Assembly (NCBI GenBank): GCA_027068795.1
Contig: JAMOMB010000189.1
Coordinates: forward strand, 4,712 to 68,711
DNA length: 64,000 nucleotides
Direction: 5' to 3'
DNA from: Sedimenticola sp.
GTDB taxonomy: Bacteria > Pseudomonadota > Gammaproteobacteria > Chromatiales > Chromatiaceae
Both the position numbers and the translations under genes were made by a program. Of the stretch, positions 39,115 to 49,371 are shown one piece after another (the stretch's first letter is position 1; every line of letters begins with the position of its first letter). The notes beneath the pieces were generated by a model. It was given only the letters and a program-made list of their open reading frames with translations. It did no database searches and was not told where the DNA came from.

Positions 39115-40169
39115 TTATTCTGGCGGGCGGTACTGGCGGACATGTTTTTCCGGCCCTGGCCGTGGCCAGGGAAATGCGCGCCCGCGGCTGGGAGGTCAGC
39201 TGGATGGGGACGCCGGACAGTTTCGAATCACGCATCGTGCCCGGCCATGGCTTTCCCCTGGAAACCATTGCCGCCTACAGGTTGCGTGGCCAGGGTATGG
39301 CCGGGCTGTTGCTGGCGCCGTTCCGCCTGCTCAAGGCCATGGGCCAGGCGGGGAAGATTTTGCGCCGAGCCAGGCCGCAGCTGGTGCTGGGCATGGGCGG
39401 TTTCGTTACCGCGCCAGGCGGACTGGTGAGCAAGCTGCTGGGCATTCCCCTGGTGATTCACGAACAGAACACCATTCCCGGACTGACCAATCGCTGGCTG
39501 GCGCGGATCGCCGCCCAGGTGTTGCAGGCTTTTCCGCACAGCTTCCCGGAGACCACTGGCGCCGTGGTTACCGGCAATCCCCTGCGGGCGGAGATCACTG
39601 CTGTTACCGAACCTGCCGAACGTATGCGCGACCGTGACGCGACTGTCAGGGTGCTGATCCTCGGCGGCTCTCTGGGTGCGCTGGCCCTGAATCAGCAATT
39701 GCCGCCGGCGCTGAAGCAATTGCGCCAGCCCCTGGCCGTTCGCCATCAGGCCGGGCGCGGCAAGGTGGAGGCCACGCAAGCCCTGTACGCGCAGCAGCCC
39801 TGGGTGGAAGTCACGGAATTTATCGAAGATATGGCCGAAGCCCTTGCCTGGGCGGATCTGGTGATCTGCCGCGCCGGCGCCTTGACCGTCTCCGAACTGG
39901 CCGCCGTAGGCGTGGCCTCCGTACTGGTGCCCTATCCCCATGCCGTGGATGATCACCAGACCCGCAATGCCCGCTATCTGGTGGATGCCGGCGCGGCCTG
40001 GTTGCTGCCCCAAGCGGAATTGCATGCAGAGGTGCTGGTGCGACAGTTGCAGACATTGTTGGCAGACAGGAAAAAACTGCTGGACATGGCGCAGGCGGCC
40101 AGGGCGTTGGCCAGGCCGGACGCCACCCGCGTGGTGGCGGACTGCTGCGAGGCGCAGGTGAAATCATGA
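39102..40169 (+). CDS. murG: Lipid II GlcNAc transferase
   Basis: [29 protein letters not shown]. Confidence 0.97.
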   Translation: MARIIILAGGTGGHVFPALAVAREMRARGWEVSWMGTPDSFESRIVPGHGFPLETIAAYRLRGQGMAGLLLAPFRLLKAMGQAGKILRRARPQLVLGMGGFVTAPGGLVSKLLGIPLVIHEQNTIPGLTNRWLARIAAQVLQAFPHSFPETTGAVVTGNPLRAEITAVTEPAERMRDRDATVRVLILGGSLGALALNQQLPPALKQLRQPLAVRHQAGRGKVEATQALYAQQPWVEVTEFIEDMAEALAWADLVICRAGALTVSELAAVGVASVLVPYPHAVDDHQTRNARYLVDAGAAWLLPQAELHAEVLVRQLQTLLADRKKLLDMAQAARALARPDATRVVADCCEAQVKS

Positions 40170-41605
40170 CAGGGAGCCAGGACATGAACGCCACCCCCAG
40201 GGTGCATGCCGCTGAAGCCATGGGACGCATGCGCCGCCTGCATTTCGTGGGCATTGGCGGTTCCGGCATGAACGGTATCGCCCAGGTGATGCTCAATCTC
40301 GGCTATCAGGTCAGTGGTTCGGATCTGGCGGAAAACGCCGCGACCAGGCGCCTGCAGGAGCAGGGTGCGGTGATTTACCAGGGACATGCCCGGGAACATG
40401 TCCAGGGAGCGGATGCGGTCATCATCTCCAGCGCGGTAACAGAAGACAATCCCGAAGTGCTTGCCGCCAGGGCAGCGCGTATTCCCGTGGTGCCCAGGGC
40501 GGAAATGCTGGCGGAAATCATGCGCTTTCGCTACGGCATCGCCATTGCAGGCACCCATGGCAAAACCACCACCACCAGCCTTGTTGCGACCCTGCTTATC
40601 GAAGCGGATATGGATCCGACCTTCGTTATCGGCGGACAACTCAATGCCGCGGGCAGTTACGCCCGGCTGGGTACGGGAGAGATCCTGGTCGCCGAGGCGG
40701 ACGAGAGCGATGCCTCTTTCCTCTACCTGCTGCCCATGATGGCGGTGGTGACCAATGTGGACAGGGATCATATGGGCACCTATGGCGGGGACTTCAGCCG
40801 TTTGCGGGACGCCTTCGTCGAGTTTCTCCATCACCTGCCTTTCTACGGCCTGGCCATTTTGTGCATCGACGATGCCGAGGTGCGGAAACTGTTGCCCAGC
40901 GTGACCCGCCAGGTGCTTAGCTACGGCACCCGGGAAGAAGCGGACTTGCGCGCGGTCAATATTCGCTACCAAGGCCAGACCAGCCATTTCCAGGTGCAGA
41001 TGAAAGGCCGGGAAATGTTCGATATCAGCCTGAACCTGCCGGGCGAACACAATGTCATGAATGCTTTGGCCGCCATCGCCGTGGCGCTGGAAATGGGAGT
41101 GGATACCAAGGCCATTCACCAGGCGCTGGCGGGATTCGCCGGCATTGGCCGCCGCTTTCAGGTGCATGAGCATTGTGATTTTGGCGCCGGCGGCTTCATG
41201 CTGGTGGATGATTATGGCCACCATCCCCGGGAGATCGCGGCGACCATCCGCGCCGTGCGGGAAGGCTGGCGGTCGCGGCGCCTGGTGCTGGTGTTTCAGC
41301 CGCATCGCTATACGCGCACCCATGATGCGTTTGAGGATTTCGTGCAGGTCTTGTCCGGAGCGGATGTGCTGGTACTGACCGAGGTGTACGCCGCGGGTGA
41401 GAAACCATTGCCGGATGCGGATGGCCGGGCCTTGAGTCGGGCCATTCGGACCCGGGGACAGACTGACCCGGTGTTTGTCGATGACTTGACGGATCTGCCG
41501 GAAGTGCTCAGGGGCGTGGTGCATGCCGGTGACATTCTGCTCATGATGGGAGCGGGAGATATTGGACAAATGGCAGCCAGGCTGTCGGAGGAATGGTGCA
41601 AATGA
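40166..41605 (+). CDS. murC: UDP-MurNAc:L-Ala ligase (start may be ATG 40184)
   Basis: [40 protein letters not shown]. Confidence 0.97.
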   Translation: MTGSQDMNATPRVHAAEAMGRMRRLHFVGIGGSGMNGIAQVMLNLGYQVSGSDLAENAATRRLQEQGAVIYQGHAREHVQGADAVIISSAVTEDNPEVLAARAARIPVVPRAEMLAEIMRFRYGIAIAGTHGKTTTTSLVATLLIEADMDPTFVIGGQLNAAGSYARLGTGEILVAEADESDASFLYLLPMMAVVTNVDRDHMGTYGGDFSRLRDAFVEFLHHLPFYGLAILCIDDAEVRKLLPSVTRQVLSYGTREEADLRAVNIRYQGQTSHFQVQMKGREMFDISLNLPGEHNVMNALAAIAVALEMGVDTKAIHQALAGFAGIGRRFQVHEHCDFGAGGFMLVDDYGHHPREIAATIRAVREGWRSRRLVLVFQPHRYTRTHDAFEDFVQVLSGADVLVLTEVYAAGEKPLPDADGRALSRAIRTRGQTDPVFVDDLTDLPEVLRGVVHAGDILLMMGAGDIGQMAARLSEEWCK

Positions 41606-41772
41606 AACAGCAGAGCATGATCAGGTATTTGCACATGGGATGTGGTGAATCGCTGGCTGCCCGCCAGCTGGGAGATTTGGCTTTGAAAGAGATTGCGGCG
41701 GCCAGGCAGTTGCAGCCCGTGCCGTCTGCCGATGCAAAGAAAAGGAGGAAACCCCATGAGGAGCAGCGCTGA
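41602..41772 (+). CDS. Small 56-aa hypothetical protein between murC and murB (not in ORF track)
   Basis: ATGA overlap with the murC stop; RBS GGAGGA; [56 protein letters not shown]; stop overlaps the murB start. Confidence 0.6.
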   Translation: MKQQSMIRYLHMGCGESLAARQLGDLALKEIAAARQLQPVPSADAKKRRKPHEEQR

Positions 41773-42655
41773 AGCAACGCGCCATCATACGATGTTGCTT
41801 TTTGATGAATCCATGGCGAAGCACACCACCTGGCGGGTAGGTGGTCTGGCGCGCTATTACTTTCAGCCCGCGGATGTGGGGGATCTGTCGGACTTTCTGC
41901 GTTCGCTGCCGGCTGCGGAACAGATTCTATGGCTGGGGCTGGGCAGCAATCTGCTGGTGCGTGATGGTGGATTTGCCGGAACCGTAATCGCCGTTTGCGG
42001 GCGGCTGAACGAAATCGAAACCATTGCCGGAAATCGTCTGCGCATCGGCGCCGGCGCGCCCAGCGCCCTGGTGGCCAGGCATGCAGCCCGCGCCGGCCTG
42101 TGCGGGGCGGCGTTTCTTGCGGGCATCCCCGGAACCATGGGTGGCGCCCTGGCAATGAACGCCGGCGCCTTTGGCGGCGAGACCTGGCAGCGGGTGATCA
42201 ATGTGCAGACCATCGACCGGCGGGGCGTGGTGCACAGGCGTACACCCCTGGAGTACCGCGTGGCCTACCGGGAAGTGGAAATGCCCGGAGAAGAATGGTT
42301 CATCGGCTGCGAACTGCAACTGGAACCTGGCGATGCGGAGGCGGAGCGCAGGGAGGTGCAGCGTCTGCTGGCCCGGCGCAACGCCACCCAGCCCGTAGGC
42401 CAGCCCAGCGCGGGATCGACCTTTCGCAACCCGCCGGGGGATCATGCGGCGCGTTTGATCGAGGCGGCGGGGCTGAAAGGATGCCAGCTCGGCGGCGCCA
42501 GGGTATCGGAAAAGCACGCCAATTTCATCGTCAATACGGGAAGCGCCACAGCGGCGGATATCGAAGCGCTGATCCGGCATGTGCAGCGAGTGGTGGAACA
42601 GGACGCGGGGATCCGCCTGCAAACCGAAGTGCATATCGTGGGGGAGCCTGGGTGA
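41756..42655 (+). CDS. murB: UDP-GlcNAc-enolpyruvate reductase
   Basis: HTTWRVGG, GLGSNLL, GIPGTMGGALAMNAGA, SAGSTFRNP, KHANFIVN; RBS AGGAGG. Confidence 0.96.
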   Translation: MRSSAEATRHHTMLLFDESMAKHTTWRVGGLARYYFQPADVGDLSDFLRSLPAAEQILWLGLGSNLLVRDGGFAGTVIAVCGRLNEIETIAGNRLRIGAGAPSALVARHAARAGLCGAAFLAGIPGTMGGALAMNAGAFGGETWQRVINVQTIDRRGVVHRRTPLEYRVAYREVEMPGEEWFIGCELQLEPGDAEAERREVQRLLARRNATQPVGQPSAGSTFRNPPGDHAARLIEAAGLKGCQLGGARVSEKHANFIVNTGSATAADIEALIRHVQRVVEQDAGIRLQTEVHIVGEPG

Positions 42656-43581
42656 GCATTCAGGCGGCGGATTTCGGCAAGGTGGCGGTGCTCATGGGTG
42701 GCTGGTCTGCGGAAAGGGCGGTGTCCCTCAAGAGCGGCGCCGCGGTGCTCGCCGGTTTGCGTGAAAAGGGCGTGGATGCCCATGGCGTCGATACTGGCCG
42801 GGATATTTGCGAAGTGCTGAGGAAAGGCGGCTTCGACCGGGTGTTCGTCATGCTCCATGGCCGTGGCGGGGAGGACGGCGTGATTCAGGGCCTGCTGGAA
42901 ACCCTGGGGCTGCCCTATACGGGCAGCGGCGTACTGGGCTCGGCTCTGGCCATGGACAAGATGCGCAGCAAGCAGCTGTGGTCAGCCCTGGGACTGCCCA
43001 CGCCAGCCTACAGGCAAATTCGCGGAGAAGAGGATTTTGATGATGTTGTCGAGGCGCTGGGGTTTCCGCTGATGGTCAAGCCGGTGCATGAAGGCTCCAG
43101 TATCGGCATCAGCAAGGTGGAGGATGCCGCCGCCTTGCAACCGGCCTGGGCGCTGGCGCGCGGGTTCGATTCCGTGGTGCTGGCGGAGCGCTGGATCGCG
43201 GGCAAGGAATACACGGTCGCTGTTTTGGATGCCAAGGCGTTGCCCGTGATCCGCCTGGAAACACCCCATGAAATCTATGATTACGCCGCCAAGTACGAAA
43301 CGGATACCACGGGGTATTTCATTCCCAGCGGCCTGCCGGCGGCGGCGGAAAGCCGCATGCAGGAGCTGGCGCTACAAGCGTTTCATGCTGTTGGCGCCAG
43401 TGGCTGGGGGCGCGTGGACTTCATGGTGGATGCCCAGGGGCAACCCTGGCTGGTGGAGGTCAATACCGTGCCGGGAATGACGGACCACAGCCTGGTTCCC
43501 ATGGCGGCGGCGGCAGCGGGAATGGATTTCCCCGAATTGGTATGGCGGATTTTGTGCGGCTCGCTGGAGAACGGGCAATGA
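42652..43581 (+). CDS. ddl: D-alanine-D-alanine ligase
   Basis: GGWSAERAVSL, LHGRGGEDG, EGSSIG, EVNTVPGMT; true start GTG 42652. Confidence 0.96.
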   Translation: MSIQAADFGKVAVLMGGWSAERAVSLKSGAAVLAGLREKGVDAHGVDTGRDICEVLRKGGFDRVFVMLHGRGGEDGVIQGLLETLGLPYTGSGVLGSALAMDKMRSKQLWSALGLPTPAYRQIRGEEDFDDVVEALGFPLMVKPVHEGSSIGISKVEDAAALQPAWALARGFDSVVLAERWIAGKEYTVAVLDAKALPVIRLETPHEIYDYAAKYETDTTGYFIPSGLPAAAESRMQELALQAFHAVGASGWGRVDFMVDAQGQPWLVEVNTVPGMTDHSLVPMAAAAAGMDFPELVWRILCGSLENGQ

Positions 43582-44306
43582 AGGGGAGAAAGATGAATTC
43601 CCTGTTTCGGCGCTGGCGCTTGTGGGCGCTGGGCGGCTTTGCGCTGGCGGGCGCGGCGGGCCTTTATGCCCTGGCCGGATACCTGATGAATCCCCAGGTA
43701 TTGCCCATACGCAGCATACAAATCAAGAATGAATTTCGTAATCTGGACAAGGTCAGCCTGCAGCAGGCTTTGCTCAAGGCGATTGACGGCGGTTTTTTCA
43801 GCGTGGATTTGCACAAGCTGCGTGAAGCCGCCCTGAGCGCCGCCTGGGTGGCGGAAGCGCGGGTCACGAGAGTCTGGCCGGACAAACTGGTGGTGGAAGT
43901 GGTGGAGCAGAGGCCCATTGCCAACTGGGGCGAGGACGCCTTGCTGAACGCCAGCGGCGAAGTGTTCCGTCCGCAACGAAAACCGGACAAGCCGCTGTCC
44001 CTGCGTTTCAACGGCGATGAGGACAAGGCGGCGCTGATGCTGGACTTTTTTATCACGGAACAAAAGGTGTTCCGGGAGCATGGCATGTCCATCCGTGAAG
44101 TGGATCTGGACAAGCGCGGTGAATGGCGGCTGAAACTGACGGATGGCACGACTATTGTGGTGGGCAAGGAACAGATGGACAAGCGAATACGACGTTTGCT
44201 GGGCGTGTATGCAGTGCTGGAACAGGCGGAAAAAAAGCCCCTGCGCGTGGATTTGCGCTATGAGCAGGGTTTCGCCGTGAGTTGGCGGGCAGAGGAAAAA
44301 GGCTGA
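43578..44306 (+). CDS. ftsQ: Cell division protein FtsQ
   Basis: TM plus POTRA (WVAEARVTRVWPDKL), VDLRYEQGFAVSW. Confidence 0.93.
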   Translation: MKGRKMNSLFRRWRLWALGGFALAGAAGLYALAGYLMNPQVLPIRSIQIKNEFRNLDKVSLQQALLKAIDGGFFSVDLHKLREAALSAAWVAEARVTRVWPDKLVVEVVEQRPIANWGEDALLNASGEVFRPQRKPDKPLSLRFNGDEDKAALMLDFFITEQKVFREHGMSIREVDLDKRGEWRLKLTDGTTIVVGKEQMDKRIRRLLGVYAVLEQAEKKPLRVDLRYEQGFAVSWRAEEKG

Positions 44307-45535
44307 TGAGAAAAGCTGGCAAAAGAATCATCGTGGGTCTGGATATCGGCACTTCCAAGGTGGTGGCCATTGTCGGGGAAGTGACGGAAGACGATGAAAT
44401 CGAAATCATCGGTATCGGCAGCAACCCTTCCCATGGTTTGAAAAAAGGCGTGGTGGTCAATATCGAATCCACGGTGCAGTCCATACAACGGGCGGTGGAA
44501 GAGGCGGAGCTGATGTCCGGCGTGGAGATCGAATCCGTCTATGCGGGCATTGCCGGCAGTCATGTATCCAGCCTCAACTCCCATGGCATTGTGGGCATCA
44601 ATGATGGGGAAGTTAGCGCCAGCGACGTGGAGCGTGTCATCGATGCGGCGCGGGCGGTGCCCATTCCGGCGGATCAGCGCATTCTGCACATTCTTCCCCA
44701 GGAATTCATCATCGACAACCAGGAGGGCATCCACGAACCCGTGGGCATGTGTGGCGTGCGCCTGGAGGCCCAGGTGCATATGGTCACCGGCGCGGTCAGC
44801 GCGGCGCAGAATATCATCAAATGCGTACGCCGCTGCGGGCTGGATGTGCAGGATCTGATCCTGGAGCAGATCGCCTCCAGCCATTCCGTGCTGGATGAGG
44901 AAGAAAAAGACCTGGGGGTGTGCCTGGTGGACATTGGTGGCGGCACCACGGATATTGCCGTGTTTACCGGCGGCTCCATTCGCCACACCGCGGTGATTCC
45001 CATCGCCGGCGACCAGGTGACCAACGATATTGCAGTGGCCCTGCGCACGCCCACCCATTTTGCGGAGGAGATCAAGCTGAAGTACGCCTGCGCCCTGAGC
45101 AAGCTTCCCTCGGCGGATGAAACCATCGAGGTGCCGAGCATCGGCGACCGCGCGCCGCGGCGCATGTCCCGCCAGACCCTGGCGGAAGTGGTCGAACCCC
45201 GTTACGAAGAGCTGCTCACCCTGGTGCATGAAGAGCTGCGCCGCTCCGGGTTCGAGCATCTGGTCGCCGGCGGCATCGTGCTCACCGGCGGCAGTTCGAA
45301 AATGGAAGGGCTGGTGGATCTGGCCGAAGAAGTATTCCACATGCCGGTGCGCCTCGGGGTGCCCCAGTATGTGACCGGTCTGGTGGATGTGGTGCGTAAC
45401 CCCATCCATGCGACGGGCGTTGGCTTGCTGTTGTTCGGACAGCAAAACAGTTCAATCAACGTGCCTCATGAGAACAAGGGTGCGTTGCGGGCAACCTGGG
45501 AGCGGATGAAAAGCTGGTTCCAGGGAAATTTCTAG
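44306..45535 (+). CDS. ftsA: Cell division protein FtsA
   Basis: VGLDIGTSKV, VDIGGGTTD, VLTGGSS, C-terminal amphipathic WFQGNF. Confidence 0.97.
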   Translation: MRKAGKRIIVGLDIGTSKVVAIVGEVTEDDEIEIIGIGSNPSHGLKKGVVVNIESTVQSIQRAVEEAELMSGVEIESVYAGIAGSHVSSLNSHGIVGINDGEVSASDVERVIDAARAVPIPADQRILHILPQEFIIDNQEGIHEPVGMCGVRLEAQVHMVTGAVSAAQNIIKCVRRCGLDVQDLILEQIASSHSVLDEEEKDLGVCLVDIGGGTTDIAVFTGGSIRHTAVIPIAGDQVTNDIAVALRTPTHFAEEIKLKYACALSKLPSADETIEVPSIGDRAPRRMSRQTLAEVVEPRYEELLTLVHEELRRSGFEHLVAGGIVLTGGSSKMEGLVDLAEEVFHMPVRLGVPQYVTGLVDVVRNPIHATGVGLLLFGQQNSSINVPHENKGALRATWERMKSWFQGNF

Positions 45536-45606
45536 ATTTAGGTAAAACGTGTATAAGCAGCTCCCTGGCAGGAGCATACAGGCAGATTGTTTAGGAGATT
45601 GGTGAA

Positions 45607-46815
45607 ATGTTTGAATTAGTGGATGTAGACAGCCAGAACGCGGTCATCAAGGTCATCGGCATTGGCGGCGGTGGTGGAAACGCCGTGACGCATATGCTGC
45701 GTGGCAATATCGAAGGTGTGGATTTTATCTGCGCCAACACAGATGCCCAGGCCCTCAACAACTCGGAGGTGAATACCACCTTGCAGATCGGGTCGGGTCT
45801 GACCAAGGGGCTGGGCGCGGGCGCCAACCCCCAGATCGGCCATCAGGCGGCCATGGAGGACAAGGATCGCATTGCCGAGGCCATCAAGGGTTCGGACATG
45901 ATCTTCATTACCGCCGGCATGGGTGGCGGCACCGGCACCGGCGCCGCCCCCGTGGTTGCCGAGGTGGCGAAGGAGCAGGGTATCCTGACCGTTGCCGTGG
46001 TCACCAAGCCCTTTCCTTTCGAGGGCGAAAAACGCATGAAAGTTGCGGAAATGGGTATCGAGGAACTCGGCAAGCATGTGGATTCCCTGATTACCATTCC
46101 CAATGAAAAGCTGCTGGCGGTGCTGGGCAAGAGCACCAGTCTGCTGGATGCGTTCAAGGCGGCCAATGATGTATTGCTGAATGCGGTGCAGGGCATTGCC
46201 GAACTGATCACCCGTCCCGGCCTGATCAACGTGGATTTTGCCGATGTGCGCACGGTGATGGGGGAAATGGGCATGGCGATGATGGGTTCTGGCAGTGCTT
46301 CGGGTGAAGAGCGGGCGCGCAAGGCGGCGGAAGCCGCGGTCAACTGTCCCCTGCTGGATGATTTCCATCTTACCGGGGCCAAGGGCGTACTGGTGAATAT
46401 TACCGCCGGCCTGGATCTGGGAATTGGTGAGTTTGACGAAGTGGGCACTACCGTCAAGGAGTTTGCCCGGGAAGACGCCACGGTCGTGGTCGGTACGGTC
46501 ATCGATCCGGAAATGCATGACGAATTGCGGGTGACCGTGGTCGCCACAGGTCTTGGCGAGGAAGAGGAAGTAGAGATCGCCCGGCCGGAAATGGAGGTGG
46601 TCCCCGCGCCCAAGGCGGTGATTCCCGAGACGGACGGCGCCAGTCAGTACGAAGAACCGCAGGTGCAGAGAAATGCCGCCCGCTCCTACGAGAACCTGGA
46701 GGTTCCCACGGCCATTCGCCGTCGCCAGGAGCAAAAGGCCGCCGCCCAGCCTCTGGACAAGCAGGATATGGACTACCTGGATATCCCTGCTTTTCTGCGC
46801 CGCCAGGCGGATTGA
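45607..46815 (+). CDS. ftsZ: Cell division GTPase FtsZ
   Basis: [35 protein letters not shown]. Confidence 0.98.
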   Translation: MFELVDVDSQNAVIKVIGIGGGGGNAVTHMLRGNIEGVDFICANTDAQALNNSEVNTTLQIGSGLTKGLGAGANPQIGHQAAMEDKDRIAEAIKGSDMIFITAGMGGGTGTGAAPVVAEVAKEQGILTVAVVTKPFPFEGEKRMKVAEMGIEELGKHVDSLITIPNEKLLAVLGKSTSLLDAFKAANDVLLNAVQGIAELITRPGLINVDFADVRTVMGEMGMAMMGSGSASGEERARKAAEAAVNCPLLDDFHLTGAKGVLVNITAGLDLGIGEFDEVGTTVKEFAREDATVVVGTVIDPEMHDELRVTVVATGLGEEEEVEIARPEMEVVPAPKAVIPETDGASQYEEPQVQRNAARSYENLEVPTAIRRRQEQKAAAQPLDKQDMDYLDIPAFLRRQAD

Positions 46816-46831
46816 GCCGGATGCCGGGCGT

Positions 46832-46902
46832 TTGCATTCGGGGTTGAAAAAGGGTACATTAGGGAAATCCCTGATTTGCCCCTATGATATTCCTAGGGGC
46901 AA
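46832..46902 (+). promoter_or_regulatory. Putative lpxC promoter and leader hairpin
   Basis: TTGCAT, 17 nt, TACATT; perfect 9-bp inverted repeat TTGCCCCTA/TAGGGGCAA at 46876-46902. Confidence 0.5.
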
Positions 46903-46947
46903 TTCTGTATTTTTCGGCATTTGGCCGCAGGCGGAGAGAAAACGCTG

Positions 46948-47862
46948 ATGATAAGGCAACGTACACTGAAGAATGTCATAAGAGCCACGGGAGTTGGCCT
47001 GCATACTGGCGAAAAGGTTTTTCTTACCCTGCGTCCCGCCGCTGTGGATACGGGCATCGTTTTCCGCCGGGTCGATCTTCCCCGGCCCATGGATATTCCG
47101 GCCACGGCAGAAAATGTCGGCAGCACCCAGCTTTCCACCACCCTGGAAAAAGACGGGGTGGAGATTTCCACCGTGGAGCATTTGCTGTCCGCCTTTGCCG
47201 GCCTGGGCATAGACAATGCCTATGTGGATGTGAGCGCGCCGGAGGTTCCCATCATGGATGGCAGCGCCGGTCCTTTTGTCTTCCTCATTCAATCTGCCGG
47301 TGTGGAAGAGCAGAACGCCCTGAAAAAGTTTATACGCATCAAGGATGTGGTCGAAGTCAAGGATGGCGACAAGTTTGCCCGCTTCGAGCCCTTCGAAGGC
47401 TTCAAGGTCAGTTTTGGCATTGATTTCGATCATCCGGTGTTTACCGATGACACCCAGTTTTCCAGCATCGATTTCTCCTCCACCTCTTTCGTAAAAGAAG
47501 TCAGCCGCGCGCGCACCTTTGGTTTTCTGCGGGAAATCGAAATGTTGCGGGAAAAGAATCTGGCCCTGGGCGGCAGTATGGACAACGCCATCGTGGTGGA
47601 TGATTACCGCGTGCTGAATAGCGATGGCTTGCGTTATGACGACGAGTTCGTCAAACACAAGATCCTGGACGCCATTGGCGATCTGTATCTTCTGGGGCAC
47701 AGCCTGATCGGTTCTTTCCGTGGCTACAAGTCCGGCCATGCCTTGAACAACAAATTGCTGAACAAGCTGATTGCCACCCCGGAAGCCTGGGAAGAAGTGA
47801 CTTTCGATGAGGGAGACGGCCTGGCGCCAATCTCCTATATCGCGCCGGTTCACGCTTCCTGA
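46948..47862 (+). CDS. lpxC: UDP-3-O-acyl-GlcNAc deacetylase
   Basis: [33 protein letters not shown]. Confidence 0.97.
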   Translation: MIRQRTLKNVIRATGVGLHTGEKVFLTLRPAAVDTGIVFRRVDLPRPMDIPATAENVGSTQLSTTLEKDGVEISTVEHLLSAFAGLGIDNAYVDVSAPEVPIMDGSAGPFVFLIQSAGVEEQNALKKFIRIKDVVEVKDGDKFARFEPFEGFKVSFGIDFDHPVFTDDTQFSSIDFSSTSFVKEVSRARTFGFLREIEMLREKNLALGGSMDNAIVVDDYRVLNSDGLRYDDEFVKHKILDAIGDLYLLGHSLIGSFRGYKSGHALNNKLLNKLIATPEAWEEVTFDEGDGLAPISYIAPVHAS

Positions 47863-47880
47863 AGAAAAATTCTGGTAGAT

Positions 47881-48315
47881 TCAACGATTGGAAGTCCCGC
47901 TCAGTCGCTTCAAGGCTGCGCGGATGGCCTCATCGTCGATGGAATCCGCCAGTTGACTGACCAGTGTAGCGGTTTTCTCCGGCAGGGAACCCAATGGCTT
48001 TCTTGCGGGTCTAATGTTGCTGGATAAATGGATGCGGACATCCAGTTTGCTCAGGTTTGGCGCCTGATCCCTGGCGGCCTGAAGAATCTGCGGCGCATGG
48101 AAGCGCAGGCGCGTTCCCCAAACCGGGGAGTCGGTATGCAGGATGAGCCGCGCGCCGCTGATGCGGGCATGGATGCAATGTTGTCCCAGGGGCGCAGGCA
48201 GCAGCCGGCGGATTTGCTCCAGCAGCGATTGTTGCTGTTGCAGCATGCGGGCCAGGTGCCCCAGCTGTTCACTATTGGTGACTACGTTCGATACTGTGCG
48301 TGGTTTTTTTGTCAT
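47881..48315 (-). CDS. dciA: DUF721/DciA family protein
   Basis: DSPVWGTRLRF motif; conserved antisense slot between lpxC and M23/secA. Confidence 0.8.
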   Translation of the reverse strand: MTKKPRTVSNVVTNSEQLGHLARMLQQQQSLLEQIRRLLPAPLGQHCIHARISGARLILHTDSPVWGTRLRFHAPQILQAARDQAPNLSKLDVRIHLSSNIRPARKPLGSLPEKTATLVSQLADSIDDEAIRAALKRLSGTSNR

Positions 48316-48332
48316 AGCGGATTGATTATACG

Positions 48333-49229
48333 ATGTCTTCCAGTCATGGAATCAGGAATGATGCTTCCGGTCGGTCAGGCAAATACTTGCTGCTGACGGT
48401 TTTGCTCACTGGCGCCGCGCTATTGGGGGGATATCAGTATGGCAAGCTGCAGGCCGTGCAGATTGCCGAAGATGAGGCCATGCAGGCCACCCTGCAGGCC
48501 ATGGCGGAAGAACGACGCGAGCTGGATGCCATGCGAAACAGCATGGAAGCGGAGCTGGACGCCCTGGCCCTGCGCATTGGCAGCCTGCGCGCCCATTTGT
48601 TGCGCTTGAATGCCCTGGGGGAGCGCCTGGTCAGCGTCGGCAATCTGGATTCCCAGGAATTTGATTTCGCGGCCGAACCCGCGCAGGGCGGCATGGATCA
48701 GGCGGATGCCGAATCCGTAGGCATGATGGAGCTGGAAAGCGAGCTGCAACGCCTTTCGGCGGCGTTCGCCGACCGGGAGCACAAGCTGATCCTGCTGGAA
48801 GAGATGCTGTCCAAGCGTGACGTGCGGGAACAGGTGATTCCTTCCGGGCGGCCCCTCAAGCATGGTTTTATCAGCTCGACTTTTGGCCGCCGCACCGATC
48901 CTTTCACCGGCAAGAAGAAATACCACAAAGGCGTTGATTTCGTCGGCAAGCGCGGCAGTGAAGTGCTGGCGGTGGCCGCCGGTGTCGTCACCAAGTCCGA
49001 ACGCACCGGCGGTTATGGCAATGTAGTGGAAATTCGCCACGCGGATGGCTATGTCACCCGCTACGCGCACAACCAGGAAAACCTGGTGAAAGAAGGAGAT
49101 CGCGTGGAAAAAGGCGAGCCCATCGCCATGCTGGGTTCCACGGGACGTTCCAGCGGCCCCCATGTGCATTTCGAAGTGCGCCGAAATGGAAAGATCATCA
49201 ATCCCGCCCGTTTCATCAAAGGTGGTTGA
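48333..49229 (+). CDS. M23 family metallopeptidase
   Basis: TM, coiled coil, HKGVD, YAHN, STGRSSGPHVHFEV. Confidence 0.93.
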   Translation: MSSSHGIRNDASGRSGKYLLLTVLLTGAALLGGYQYGKLQAVQIAEDEAMQATLQAMAEERRELDAMRNSMEAELDALALRIGSLRAHLLRLNALGERLVSVGNLDSQEFDFAAEPAQGGMDQADAESVGMMELESELQRLSAAFADREHKLILLEEMLSKRDVREQVIPSGRPLKHGFISSTFGRRTDPFTGKKKYHKGVDFVGKRGSEVLAVAAGVVTKSERTGGYGNVVEIRHADGYVTRYAHNQENLVKEGDRVEKGEPIAMLGSTGRSSGPHVHFEVRRNGKIINPARFIKGG

Positions 49230-49371
49230 GCTTCCTTCCATCTCTTCATATTCCTTCAGTAAACACACCGCTTTTGCGGTATCATTTCCCCTTCGTTCCT
49301 GGCTGAAAAAACCTTGTGATTGCATGGTTTGCAGCCGTTATTGTTTCAGACCCTGAAAGGTCCCGCGCTAC

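Noticed and set aside
41995-42651. 528-aa ORF suggesting an N-terminally extended Ddl
   Set aside because: The extension is an off-frame read through murB; Ddl homology begins at GTG 42652
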